Below are positions 18,966 to 28,509 of a stretch of DNA of 47,631 bases, in pieces. The translations under genes and the position numbers were made by a program. Origin of the DNA: Nitrospirota bacterium (GTDB lineage: Bacteria; Nitrospirota; UBA9217). Numbering within the stretch: the first letter of the stretch is position 1; each line of letters starts with the position of its first letter. Under the pieces are notes generated by a model. The model was not told the DNA's origin. It was given only the letters and a program-made list of their open reading frames with translations, and did not search any database. The DNA lies in NCBI GenBank assembly GCA_029858565.1, contig JAOUEV010000025.1:1-47631 (forward strand), in the 5' to 3' direction.

Positions 18966-19256
18966 TCACGCCGAAAGTTTGAGCGGGGCCTGCCGGTCCG
19001 ATTCCTGATCGATCTTCTTTTTTACGCGGTCGGAGAGTTCGACCGCGCTGAGGTCGAAGCGGCTCAGCTCCCGGGCCAGCAGGGCGGTCTTGTCATTGAT
19101 ATGCAGATGCTTGTTGATGATGATGCGCCGTGTTTCCAGGACCCGGCAGGACCCTCCCCGGGACGACTTGAGGTCCTCGTAGGTCACCTTGATCGCGAGG
19201 GCTTTTGCCACCTGTTCGAGCTCGGCCAGCGAGGTCTTTGTGCTCATGGTTGCCAC
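18966..19256 (-). CDS. Small hypothetical protein
   Basis: Operonic position; GGSCRV...IIINK...LARELSRFDL pattern resembles a degenerate ImmA/IrrE-like N-terminus without HExxH. Confidence 0.65.
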   Translation of the reverse strand: MATMSTKTSLAELEQVAKALAIKVTYEDLKSSRGGSCRVLETRRIIINKHLHINDKTALLARELSRFDLSAVELSDRVKKKIDQESDRQAPLKLSA

Positions 19257-19264
19257 CGGGGACC

Positions 19265-19390
19265 TTACGCCTCTTCCTTGTGGATCTCCATGATGCTCAC
19301 GACGTTGATGTTCGCGTCCTTGAGCGCCTTCTGCACATCCGCGAGCTTCGCATCCTGCACCTTGAGAATGAAGTTCGATTTCGTAGCCAT
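19265..19390 (-). CDS. 41-aa hypothetical protein
   Basis: GGAGG RBS before ATG 19390; MATKSNFILKVQDAKLADVQKALKDANINVVSIMEIHKEEA with host-like codon usage. Confidence 0.65.
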   Translation of the reverse strand: MATKSNFILKVQDAKLADVQKALKDANINVVSIMEIHKEEA

Positions 19391-19545
19391 GTTATTCGCC
19401 TCCGTCGCAATGAGTATCGCCGCCGTCCGGCAAGCACACCCTATCATAAATACCCAGCCGAAGTCAACGGGAAACCGGGCGTTCGCCGCGTGCGACAATA
19501 CCCGGAAAATACCCCGAATCAGCTAAGAACTGTTAAAAATTTCGC

Positions 19546-19574
19546 TTGCTATTTTCAAGGATACTAGCTATACT
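19546..19574 (+). promoter_or_regulatory. Sigma70 promoter of the HU gene
   Basis: TTGCTA-17 nt-TATACT with an AT-rich upstream region. Confidence 0.65.
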
Positions 19575-19646
19575 TCGTCACGGAACATTGATAATACTGG
19601 TGTAAAGAGCACTTTCTAATTCAAAGAGATTCAAGGAGGAGGATGT

Positions 19647-19934
19647 ATGGCAAAAGCCATGACGAAGTCTCAGATTGCGGATCACATTGCGAAGAAGGCT
19701 GACATCAAGAAGAAACTGGCGGTTCAGATCCTCGAGGACATCGCAGCACTGGCGTACAAGGAAGCAAAGAACTCCTTCACGCTGCCGGGCCTCGGCAAAC
19801 TCGTGCTCGTGAACCGCAAGGCGCGCATGGGCCGCAATCCCCAGACCGGCGCTGCCATCAAGATCCCTGCCAAGAAGGTCGTGAAGTTCCGCGTGGCCAA
19901 GGCTTGCAAAGAATCCATCCTCGGCAAGAAGTAA
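19647..19934 (+). CDS. hup: HU family DNA-binding protein
   Basis: MTKSQIAD...PGLGKL...RKARMGRNPQTGAAIKIPAKKVVKFR; strong RBS. Confidence 0.95.
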   Translation: MAKAMTKSQIADHIAKKADIKKKLAVQILEDIAALAYKEAKNSFTLPGLGKLVLVNRKARMGRNPQTGAAIKIPAKKVVKFRVAKACKESILGKK

Positions 19935-19966
19935 CCTGCTCCTGCGCGCAACCGTATCAATAACGT

Positions 19967-19998
19967 GGGCATCCCGGACAACTCCGGGATGCCCTTTT
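19967..19998 (+). terminator. Intrinsic terminator after hup
   Basis: GGGCATCCCGGA-caac-TCCGGGATGCCC-TTTT. Confidence 0.8.
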
Positions 19999-20009
19999 CA
20001 TTCACTCTT

Positions 20010-20711
20010 ATGGAAACGCTGCTCTTCATTCTCTATCCGGCCGCGCTCCTGCGCGTCCGGCTGATCATCCCGGCGCTGCTGCTCCACGGCTGGCTCGTGC
20101 TCGATTCGGCCTTCCGCTACGGCCGGGTGCCGCTCATCGGCACCCGTGATACGCTGGGATTCCTGGCCTTGGCACTGGGCGCGGCGTTCCTCGCATTCCG
20201 GTGGAACCGTAAACGCGACGTTGCCGGGCCGCTGGTGATCGCCCTCATCCTCGCGATCCTTGCCGGCTCCTGGGTCTCGCCGGTCATGCGCGGTCCGCTG
20301 CCGCCCGTGCTCCGGACGATCTGGTTCGAGCTCCATGTGATCCTTTCCTTTGTCTCCTACGCGCTGTTCGGTCTGGCCGCGGTCTTCGGGATACTGTTCC
20401 TCCGCGGAAACGCGGTGCAGGACGAACAGGACCAGTATCGATGCGCCCTGCTCGGCTATGCGCTGTTCTCCCTGGCCATGATATTCGGCGGGATCTGGGC
20501 GCATCTCGCCTGGGGGACCTACTGGCTCTGGACGCCCAAGGAGCTATGGACAACTATCGTCTGGTTCTTCTACAGCCTTTACCTCCACGCGCGCCTCGTG
20601 CGCGGCTGGACAGGACGGCCCGTTGCCGCAATGGGAATCGTCGGATTTCTTATCGTGATGTTCACCTACGTTGGCGTGGGGCTATTGATGAAAAGCTCCC
20701 ATGAGTTCTAG
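20010..20711 (+). CDS. ccsA: Cytochrome c biogenesis protein, CcsA/ResC type (system II)
   Basis: WFELHV, GGIWAHLAWGTYWLWTPKE (WWD domain), YLHAR and terminal H. Confidence 0.9.
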   Translation: METLLFILYPAALLRVRLIIPALLLHGWLVLDSAFRYGRVPLIGTRDTLGFLALALGAAFLAFRWNRKRDVAGPLVIALILAILAGSWVSPVMRGPLPPVLRTIWFELHVILSFVSYALFGLAAVFGILFLRGNAVQDEQDQYRCALLGYALFSLAMIFGGIWAHLAWGTYWLWTPKELWTTIVWFFYSLYLHARLVRGWTGRPVAAMGIVGFLIVMFTYVGVGLLMKSSHEF

Positions 20712-20713
20712 AC

Positions 20714-21430
20714 ATGAAGAACTTCTTCCTCTCACTCAAAACTACGGTCTGGACGCTCTTCGGCCTGATCTGCATCTTCTTCCTGGGCTCATACCTCATG
20801 CCGGCCCACCGGGACGTGCACGGCTCCATGAACGACCAGCTGCTGTTCCAATGGGTCTCCGAAACCGCGGTCCTGCACCCCTGGGCAGCGAGCTGGTTCT
20901 TCCTTTCGCTCGCCGGCCTTGCCCTGCTGACCGTGAACACGGTCGTATGCAGTGTACAGGCGATCCGCGGGAAATGGTCGCGCGCGGACTTTCTGCTGCG
21001 CATGGCTCCCCAGATCGTCCACATCGGTTTTCTCTGCATCCTGCTCGCCCATTTTCTCGGGGCGGGCTGGGGTTACCGCTTGGCAGGGTCATTGCCCGTC
21101 GAGATGTCTGCCAGGCTTCCGGACGACCGGGTCCTGTTTCTCAATGATCTTCGTCCCCAGATAGATTCGAGAGGCAGCCTGACGGGTTGGGCAGCTGAGG
21201 TCGTGATATTCGAAAACGGGCAGCGTGTTGCCGAAGGAGTCCTGGGACCGAATGAACCGCTCTTCTACAAAGGCATGGGTGTTTACCTCAAGAGCTTTGA
21301 CCTTCAGGACCGACCGATCGCCCACCTCATGGTGAACCGGGATCCCGGTGCATTTTGGGCACTGTTCGGCTCAGCGCTTTTCATTGTCGGCGCGACAATG
21401 ATCCTCCTGCTCAAGTGGAACAGGGCGTGA
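20714..21430 (+). CDS. Short ResB/CcsB-like cytochrome c biogenesis protein
   Basis: FFLSLKTTV, SWFF...NTVVCS, VHIG, PNEPL.YKG and RDPG motifs; adjacent to ccsA. Confidence 0.8.
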   Translation: MKNFFLSLKTTVWTLFGLICIFFLGSYLMPAHRDVHGSMNDQLLFQWVSETAVLHPWAASWFFLSLAGLALLTVNTVVCSVQAIRGKWSRADFLLRMAPQIVHIGFLCILLAHFLGAGWGYRLAGSLPVEMSARLPDDRVLFLNDLRPQIDSRGSLTGWAAEVVIFENGQRVAEGVLGPNEPLFYKGMGVYLKSFDLQDRPIAHLMVNRDPGAFWALFGSALFIVGATMILLLKWNRA

Positions 21431-21503
21431 TCCGCCGGGCTCCATGCCGTTCTGATCAGGCATGCCGTCGGCCATCCCTCCCGATTGTGCTACACTCACT
21501 GAT

Positions 21504-22547
21504 ATGACATATCGTGTTCTCGTCGCCATGAGCGGCGGAGTGGACAGCTCGGTCACCGCCGCGCTCCTCCGGCAGCAGGGCCATGCAGTTGTCGGCGTTA
21601 CCATGAAGCTGGCCGCCGGTGTCTGCTGTGACATTGCCTCCGCGATGGCGGTCTGCGATCGCCTCGGCATTCCGCACCGCGTGATCGACGCTCAGGACTT
21701 GTTCTCCCGCGAGATCATCTCTCCATTCGTTACCGACTACCTGGATGGCCGCACTCCCAATCCCTGCGTACGCTGCAATGACCTTGTCAAATTCCACCTG
21801 CTCCTTGATTATGCCCGTGCTGCGGGTTTTACCCATCTGGCAACGGGCCACTATGCCCGCGTTGAACAGGACCATCATGCCGGCCATCCTCTGCTGAAAA
21901 AGGGCGTTGATCCGGCCAAGGATCAGAGCTATTTCCTCTATCGTCTGTCCGTGGACCAGCTTCGCCAGATCCTTTTCCCCCTGGGCGAGTATCGCAAGAC
22001 CGATGTGCGGCGCATTGCCGGGGAACTGCGGTTACCTGCCGCCGACCGGCCCGAGAGCCAGGAGATCTGCTTTATTCCGGACAATAATTACCGCTCCTTT
22101 GTCAAGGAACACGCGAACGAAGGGCTTCAGCCCGGAGACCTGGTCATGACCGACGGCACTGTGGTGGGTCGCCATGACGGCATCGCCCTGTTCACGGTGG
22201 GCCAGCGTAGAAAGCTGGGAGTCGCCGCAGGGGAGCGGCTCTACGTGGTCCGTATCGAGCCGGACAAGCGGCGCGTTGTGCTCGGGAAAAAGCAGGACCT
22301 CGAGGTTTCCGTGCTCATGCTTGCGGATACGCGATTCCCTGCTTTTGACAGGCTCGTAGAGCCTATTCGCGTGGAAGCAAAGATCCGCTACCGGTCCCCT
22401 CTGGCACAGGCGCGGATCGAGCCTGCCGGCGACAACAGGATCCGGGTGACCTTTGACCATCCGGTCCTCGGCGTCTCGCCGGGGCAGGCCTGCGTTTTCT
22501 ATAAAGGGGACGTGGTGCTGGGAGGCGGGACAATACAAGGGGCCTGA
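21504..22547 (+). CDS. mnmA: tRNA 2-thiouridylase MnmA
   Basis: AMSGGVDSS, TPNPCVRCN, ATGHYAR, KDQSYFL, ESQEICF, TVGQRR and PGQA motifs. Confidence 0.97.
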   Translation: MTYRVLVAMSGGVDSSVTAALLRQQGHAVVGVTMKLAAGVCCDIASAMAVCDRLGIPHRVIDAQDLFSREIISPFVTDYLDGRTPNPCVRCNDLVKFHLLLDYARAAGFTHLATGHYARVEQDHHAGHPLLKKGVDPAKDQSYFLYRLSVDQLRQILFPLGEYRKTDVRRIAGELRLPAADRPESQEICFIPDNNYRSFVKEHANEGLQPGDLVMTDGTVVGRHDGIALFTVGQRRKLGVAAGERLYVVRIEPDKRRVVLGKKQDLEVSVLMLADTRFPAFDRLVEPIRVEAKIRYRSPLAQARIEPAGDNRIRVTFDHPVLGVSPGQACVFYKGDVVLGGGTIQGA

Positions 22548-22554
22548 CCGCTGA

Positions 22555-24873
22555 TCACCGGCTCTTTCGATTCAGCAAGAGACCGGCAATGCCCATACCG
22601 ATGATCCCGAGCACTGTGGGTATCGCAACCGCCAGGTATCCGATCAGGACAAAACGATATGCCGGCTTGAAGATGAACTCCACCACATGCCGGCCTTCCG
22701 GCACCTCCACAGCCTTCAATACGCCCATCGCCTTGAGCACCGGGACCTGCTGGCCATCAATCTTCGCAATAAATCCCTCATGATAGGTGTCCGTATACAG
22801 CAGAAATCGCGGACCTTCGGTCTGCGTCTCCAGAACGAGCCTATTCGCCGATTTATGCAGCACCTGTGGCTCCGGGCCATCCCTCGTATCAGGGGCCGGT
22901 CCAGACCGGGATTCCAGCGGCTGAAGGACCAATGACCTATTCCGGACGAGGGCGTCACTTTCCAGAACGATTGTCCCCTGCTCCAGAAGGCTGCCGTATT
23001 CTGTGATGGTCTTCTGGATACTGAAGGCAGAGAACCAGCGGAATTTCCTGCGCATGAGTTGATCAAATCCATCAAGATCGGAGAACCGGTAGTATTCTTT
23101 TGAGACAAACTGCGTGTGCATCGATTGCCAGTGGTCAAAGAAATAGGGCGCATCGATCCGCTTAGCAAGGTAATAATAATCGACACAGCACTCGCCGCCA
23201 AACTGCGGACCCAGGGGTTGTACGCGAAGATACTCCGTTGGACGCTCAAAGGAAAAACCGAACCCGTCGCTATAAGAAAACATGTTGCTTTGCCAGTTAT
23301 GGTATGCCCGCATCCCCGTCAGACGATGGAGTGACAGCGCACCATTGACAAGAAGCAGTGCGAGGAGCACTAGCGGAACAATATGAGCACGCATATCGCT
23401 CCAGCGGGTTGTCAGCATCGGCCAGACGATCAAAGCAGCCATTAGGAAGATCGCGATCAGCGGCCCGAGCCGCTGATCTGCAGGCAGGAAAAACAGGAGC
23501 CCAAGCTGCAAGACCACAAGTACAATCGGTCCGGCAGGGGACAGCGGCCTGCTCAACATGATCAGGGGACGCCGCGCCGCGACAAGGAACCTTCGAACGC
23601 CCAGTGAGGCCAGCACGGAAAAACAGAAGACCAGGAAACTCTCGAAAAACACCCAGGAGCGGATAACCGTGTAGAATGGCGAAATATATCGCATGATCCA
23701 ATACATCGGCGTTGCAGGTCCCACGGCATTGAACGCCATAATGACCGCCGCGGCAAACCAGAAGCCTCCACTGCGGGAGCAGGCAACCAGTTCATAAAGC
23801 GCAAAACCAAGCGCCAGGACTCCCACCATCGGAGCACCGTCACCGTAATCCGCGGTCGGCGTGATGAATAGGTCCTGCACAAGCTGTTTAAACCGCTCGA
23901 CGGCCGTTGCCAGGTCCAGGAAGGGAAGCGCGACGAACTGCTCCGTCTGCTCTGGGCCGGTGTAGCGAGCGATCTGATAATAGTTCGACACGATGTCATG
24001 ATAGATACTGTATGTTGGAAGAATGAGTGCTCCCGCAAGGAGGGCGCCAAGGAGGCAATGCCGGACCAGGAGCCGGTGGTTCACCACGCGGAGAAGTTCA
24101 GGATAATAAACCATCAGTAAAATCAGCAGCGTGACGATAAATGCCGCCAGGTAGGCCGGATAATAAACGTTCATGGAGATCGCAATGATGAGCGCCGCCG
24201 CGCTGATGCGTCCCGCCGTTTGACGCCGCACATAGCGAACGACCGCATAGAGCACCCAGGGAACATATTCAATGATCCCGAGCCGATAGATCTGGGTCGT
24301 CCAATAGCCTGCTTCACCGCAAAAAAGAAGAATCGTGAACATCGCGGTTCCCGCAACGGTGCTTCGCGTTAACTCGCGTACGAAAAGCAGCCCTCCAAAA
24401 GAAAAGAAGACCACCTCGGTAAGATGACAGGCGACGAATATCTGCTTCGGCGGCATATGAGCAATTGTGCCGAGAGCGAACCATATCCAGGCAATAGGAT
24501 TTAGCAGGAGACCATGATTCAACAGGAGATAGAAGGGCTGCCCGCCATAAAGGTATGAATTCCACAGCGGAAGCTCCCCCTGGCGAAAGGATGCGTAGGC
24601 ATAGAGGAACTCGGTAAATTGGGTCAGCGTATCATGGAGAGGAATCCAATTGGGATCCCAAATTGCCCGTCGGTAGAGCAGGAGAAGCAGACCGACGGCG
24701 GCAGGAACAACGAGGAACAGGTGCCGAACAGGCCTATTGTATCGGGATTTGCCCTTTTGCATTCCGAGCTGAAGTCCTTGTCCGGTGGTCGGCAGCCACG
24801 CTCTGAATTTCCTTTGTTCCTCGGGAGGCCCATTTACATGCACGGCGGCCTTCATCCGGCTGATCGTTATCAT
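22555..24873 (-). CDS. YfhO-like GT-C fold membrane glycosyltransferase (copy 2)
   Basis: HD...GELPLWNSYLYGGQPF, about 13 TM segments, and C-terminal DTYHEGFIAKIDG...AVEVPEGRHVVEF. ATG overlaps the upstream TGA. Confidence 0.8.
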   Translation of the reverse strand: MITISRMKAAVHVNGPPEEQRKFRAWLPTTGQGLQLGMQKGKSRYNRPVRHLFLVVPAAVGLLLLLYRRAIWDPNWIPLHDTLTQFTEFLYAYASFRQGELPLWNSYLYGGQPFYLLLNHGLLLNPIAWIWFALGTIAHMPPKQIFVACHLTEVVFFSFGGLLFVRELTRSTVAGTAMFTILLFCGEAGYWTTQIYRLGIIEYVPWVLYAVVRYVRRQTAGRISAAALIIAISMNVYYPAYLAAFIVTLLILLMVYYPELLRVVNHRLLVRHCLLGALLAGALILPTYSIYHDIVSNYYQIARYTGPEQTEQFVALPFLDLATAVERFKQLVQDLFITPTADYGDGAPMVGVLALGFALYELVACSRSGGFWFAAAVIMAFNAVGPATPMYWIMRYISPFYTVIRSWVFFESFLVFCFSVLASLGVRRFLVAARRPLIMLSRPLSPAGPIVLVVLQLGLLFFLPADQRLGPLIAIFLMAALIVWPMLTTRWSDMRAHIVPLVLLALLLVNGALSLHRLTGMRAYHNWQSNMFSYSDGFGFSFERPTEYLRVQPLGPQFGGECCVDYYYLAKRIDAPYFFDHWQSMHTQFVSKEYYRFSDLDGFDQLMRRKFRWFSAFSIQKTITEYGSLLEQGTIVLESDALVRNRSLVLQPLESRSGPAPDTRDGPEPQVLHKSANRLVLETQTEGPRFLLYTDTYHEGFIAKIDGQQVPVLKAMGVLKAVEVPEGRHVVEFIFKPAYRFVLIGYLAVAIPTVLGIIGMGIAGLLLNRKSR

Positions 24874-27068
24874 CTGTATGCATTTCTTATAGTATCGAGC
24901 ACAACATAGCACGCAAGAGACAAAATGAACATTCCCGTTACGCACAGGTAGGCAACCAGTACAAAGCGATATCGCGGTCTGAATAGGAACTCAACAATGT
25001 GCTTACCCGGTTTCAGCCTGACCGCCTTAAGAAATCCCATGCCTTTAATGAGTGCGACGGATTCGCCGTCCACACGCGCTATGAAACCATCATGATACGT
25101 ATCCGTATACAGAAGATAGAGCGGTCGCTCCGCACTGACCGTGAACGCCACGTCGTTTGCCGTTTTATACAGAAGGTTGTACTGTCCCGCCGCCAGGTCT
25201 GCCGGGACGAGCGGTGCGCCCTGCGCGCCCCCCAGACAGCCCGCACCACCTCCCGAGCCCTGCGACGGCACGGGCAGGATCGCAGATCCCAGATAGGGTC
25301 GGTAATCATCAATCCTGCCCACGGCGCTGCAGCCGGAGAATAACCACAGCTTTCGCTGCATCAGGGCATCCACTCCAGGTGCGGCTGCATGATAATACTC
25401 CTTTGAAACGAACAGGGTGTGCGGCGAACCCCAGAGACCGAAATAGTAAGGGCCGTCAATTTTTTCCGCCATATGATAGTTTGTACTGCAGCACTCTCCT
25501 CCAGCTTCCAGCGGCTGAACAACGGTAAATTCCCGGGGGCGGATAAAGTCGAAGGAGAACAGGTTCGTGTAGGAAAACATAGGATATTCGACTTTTACCA
25601 GGGGATTCGTCTCGAGGAGCCATTGGTGATAGCCTCCCATAACAACCAGTAGCGACATGAGCGCTGCCGCTGCGATAGGAGGGACAGAGTATGCTGTGTT
25701 CGATCCATATCGTGCTATCACAACGATCACGGCGATTCCGATAAGACCGATTGTGGAAGTGATCCACCCGGCTTTCCCCAGGACCAGGAACAATAGGAGC
25801 GCCGAACCAGTAAAAGGAACGGTCAATTTATCATAACGCGGTATTTGTACTGCACGGATCATGGCTAAGAGCCGAAGGGCGCCGAGTGAGGACATGATGG
25901 CCAGGCAGAGGATAACGTAGCCGGAAAAAAAAGATGGCGACCGGATAATGCCGTAGTAAGGAATGAGCTTACCGGCAATACTGAAGAATGGGGTCGTATT
26001 CCCCAGATAATGCAGAAACATGAAACAGGTCATGGCAAGCCAGAACAGCGACCTGCGCGAGAAGGACAAGACCTCTATCAGCGCCAGAAGCACCGCACCG
26101 ACGCCGACAAAGGGAAGCGCCTCCCGGTATCCTGACTGCTCGATCCTCATGATACTCTTAACCGACGCCGTATACTGAGGACCGGTCGGTGGCATGGCCG
26201 GCAAGTTGGACCGACCACCCTGCTCCTCCTGTCGCACATCACTGTACCGTGAGACCTGATAATAATTGGCGGTAATATCACGATAGATCAGATATGTTGG
26301 CAGCAACAGGGCGCAGAAAAGTGGAAGCGCAAGAAGTGCGTGCTTCCCCGCTGCAGGAAGATTGACATAATGCCTGACCGTGCGGCTGTAGAATACCAGG
26401 AGACAAATACCAAGCGTTGCGAAAAAAGCCGCCACATAGGACGGATAATAGCTATTCCCGGCTATACCGAGGACTATGGCGACTGCTAATGCATTTTTCG
26501 CTGTCTGGTTCCGAATATAACGAAGAATAAAGAAGAGGCTCCACGGAACAAATGCTATGACGGCAAGCGGATAGACCTGAACCTTCCAGAACGTAGCTTC
26601 ACCGCTAAAGAGCAAGACCAGAAAGCAGATGGCACCAGCATATCGGCTGCGAGTGAGCTGTCGGACAAATGCAAATCCGCCGAATGCAAGGAGGAGCACT
26701 TCGCTGAGATGGTAAGCTGCGAAGATCCGGGGCGGGTCAAGATGCACAACCGTTCCCAGCGCGATCCATATCCAGGCAACAGGGGTGAGCAGAAGGCCGT
26801 GATTCAAATACAAGTAAAAGGGTTGGCCGCCGTACAGGTAGGAATTCCACAGCGGCAGCTCTCCTCGTTGGAATGATGAGAGCGCATAGAGGAACTCGGT
26901 ATATTGCGTCAGCGTATCTCGAACAGGTACCCAGTCGGGATGTAAAAAAGGCTTGCCGCCTATGACCAGAAACACAGCGACCGAAAAGAACATCAAGAGA
27001 TAAGGAGCACGGCGTGCCAGATGGAACATAGGAGAACTTGCCGCTATTTTACCGGTTGACCGTATCAT
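24870..27068 (-). CDS. YfhO-like GT-C fold membrane glycosyltransferase (copy 1)
   Basis: RD...GELPLWNSYLYGGQPF, multi-TM, and DTYHDGFIARVDG...PGKHIVEF. TAATG coupling to the upstream gene. Confidence 0.8.
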   Translation of the reverse strand: MIRSTGKIAASSPMFHLARRAPYLLMFFSVAVFLVIGGKPFLHPDWVPVRDTLTQYTEFLYALSSFQRGELPLWNSYLYGGQPFYLYLNHGLLLTPVAWIWIALGTVVHLDPPRIFAAYHLSEVLLLAFGGFAFVRQLTRSRYAGAICFLVLLFSGEATFWKVQVYPLAVIAFVPWSLFFILRYIRNQTAKNALAVAIVLGIAGNSYYPSYVAAFFATLGICLLVFYSRTVRHYVNLPAAGKHALLALPLFCALLLPTYLIYRDITANYYQVSRYSDVRQEEQGGRSNLPAMPPTGPQYTASVKSIMRIEQSGYREALPFVGVGAVLLALIEVLSFSRRSLFWLAMTCFMFLHYLGNTTPFFSIAGKLIPYYGIIRSPSFFSGYVILCLAIMSSLGALRLLAMIRAVQIPRYDKLTVPFTGSALLLFLVLGKAGWITSTIGLIGIAVIVVIARYGSNTAYSVPPIAAAALMSLLVVMGGYHQWLLETNPLVKVEYPMFSYTNLFSFDFIRPREFTVVQPLEAGGECCSTNYHMAEKIDGPYYFGLWGSPHTLFVSKEYYHAAAPGVDALMQRKLWLFSGCSAVGRIDDYRPYLGSAILPVPSQGSGGGAGCLGGAQGAPLVPADLAAGQYNLLYKTANDVAFTVSAERPLYLLYTDTYHDGFIARVDGESVALIKGMGFLKAVRLKPGKHIVEFLFRPRYRFVLVAYLCVTGMFILSLACYVVLDTIRNAYR

Positions 27069-28507
27069 TATCGCAGCCGTCCCTGCAGGTGCCACCGCGC
27101 GTAAGTCATGCCTGCCTGGAGCCAATACCGTACGTCGGACCAGCTTCGTACCGACGCAATCTGCCGTGCAATGTAGGACGGCCGCAGATAAAAGCTCCGG
27201 GTCAATGCCTTCTGCAGGCGCAGCAGTTCGGCCGCGTCAAAGTGCGCTGTACGCCAGCGAGGGATTGTCCCGAACATCTCGTAATCCTCCCATGTCGCGG
27301 ACGGATCGATCAAGCCGCGCGATTCCATCAATGACCGGACCGGGGTTCCGGGATACGGCACAATGATGGAAACCGACACGAATGTCCAGGGGAGCGTCAT
27401 GATCAGCTCCCTGGTCAAGGCTATATCCGCAGACGTCTCGTCGGGATCGCTGCCGATGATGAAGTTCCCTTCCACGTGCTCGATCCCTGCTTCGCTCGCG
27501 AGCTGCACGGCCTCCCGGACCTGTTCTATCGTGATCCGCTTGCGGATGCGCTCCAGGACCTGCGGACTGCCCGATTCGACACCAAAAGCGACCTTGCGGC
27601 AGCCGCTCTGCTTCATGGCCTGCAGAAGCTTGCGGGATACATGGGTCACCCGGGTGTCACAGCTCCATGAAGGCACGTTTGCACCGGCGAGGATCTCGCA
27701 GATCTCCAGGGTCCGGTCGGGCCGGAGGGTGAATGTGTCGTCGGCAATGATGACATGACCGAAATGGTACTGCTCCATGAATTGGCTGACTTCTTCGCGG
27801 ATGGAGGCAGGGGAGCGGAACCGGACCGTCTCGCCAAAGGTCGCGCGGATCGCGCAGAAGGTACAGGGAAACGGACAACCGCGGGAAGTGAACAGTTCCG
27901 TTGAAAGAGCCTTGTTCGAGAATCCGCGCGAGGAATGACCGGCCTGTTCCGCGTAGGAGATCAGGTCCCGGGCCGGGAACGGCAGCGTGTCAATGTCCTC
28001 GATCAGCGGCCGCGCCGCTTGCCGCACGATCTGGTCACCCGACCGGTGTACCGTGCCCTTGATGCCGTCTACCCTCTTTCCGGCAGCCACGTTGCGGCAT
28101 ATCTCGGCGAAGGTCTCCTCGCCCTCTCCGAAGGCAGCAATATCGATGAACGGAAATTCGCGAAGGGTTTCCGCCGGAAGACCGTTCACATGGGGTCCAC
28201 CGACGACCGTGGTGATGGAGGGATGGCTGGTTTTGACCATTTCGCAGATACGGCCGGTGTTGATGATCGTCGGTGTGACGCTTGAGATTCCAATGATAAG
28301 CGGCCGCGTCTTCTCAACAAGGTCCAGCAGCTTCCTGTCCGAATAGGCCTCGACCTCGAAGTCCACAAGGGACACAGAAAATCCATCGCGCCGGAGATAG
28401 GAGGCGAGATAAGCGAGGTTCATGGGCCTCGTATGGCTGAGCAGGGATACGTGCTGCAGAGGGTCCGGAGGCCGGATAAGGAGGATATGTGCAGTTGTGC
28501 TCTTCAT
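27068..28507 (-). CDS. Cobalamin-binding radical SAM enzyme (class B methyltransferase-like)
   Basis: N-terminal B12-binding segment (LAYLASYL, GIS, VVGGPH); SRGCPFPCTFC; DDTF; GVESGS; PYPGT. Confidence 0.92.
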   Translation of the reverse strand: MKSTTAHILLIRPPDPLQHVSLLSHTRPMNLAYLASYLRRDGFSVSLVDFEVEAYSDRKLLDLVEKTRPLIIGISSVTPTIINTGRICEMVKTSHPSITTVVGGPHVNGLPAETLREFPFIDIAAFGEGEETFAEICRNVAAGKRVDGIKGTVHRSGDQIVRQAARPLIEDIDTLPFPARDLISYAEQAGHSSRGFSNKALSTELFTSRGCPFPCTFCAIRATFGETVRFRSPASIREEVSQFMEQYHFGHVIIADDTFTLRPDRTLEICEILAGANVPSWSCDTRVTHVSRKLLQAMKQSGCRKVAFGVESGSPQVLERIRKRITIEQVREAVQLASEAGIEHVEGNFIIGSDPDETSADIALTRELIMTLPWTFVSVSIIVPYPGTPVRSLMESRGLIDPSATWEDYEMFGTIPRWRTAHFDAAELLRLQKALTRSFYLRPSYIARQIASVRSWSDVRYWLQAGMTYARWHLQGRLR

Positions 28508-28509
28508 GA

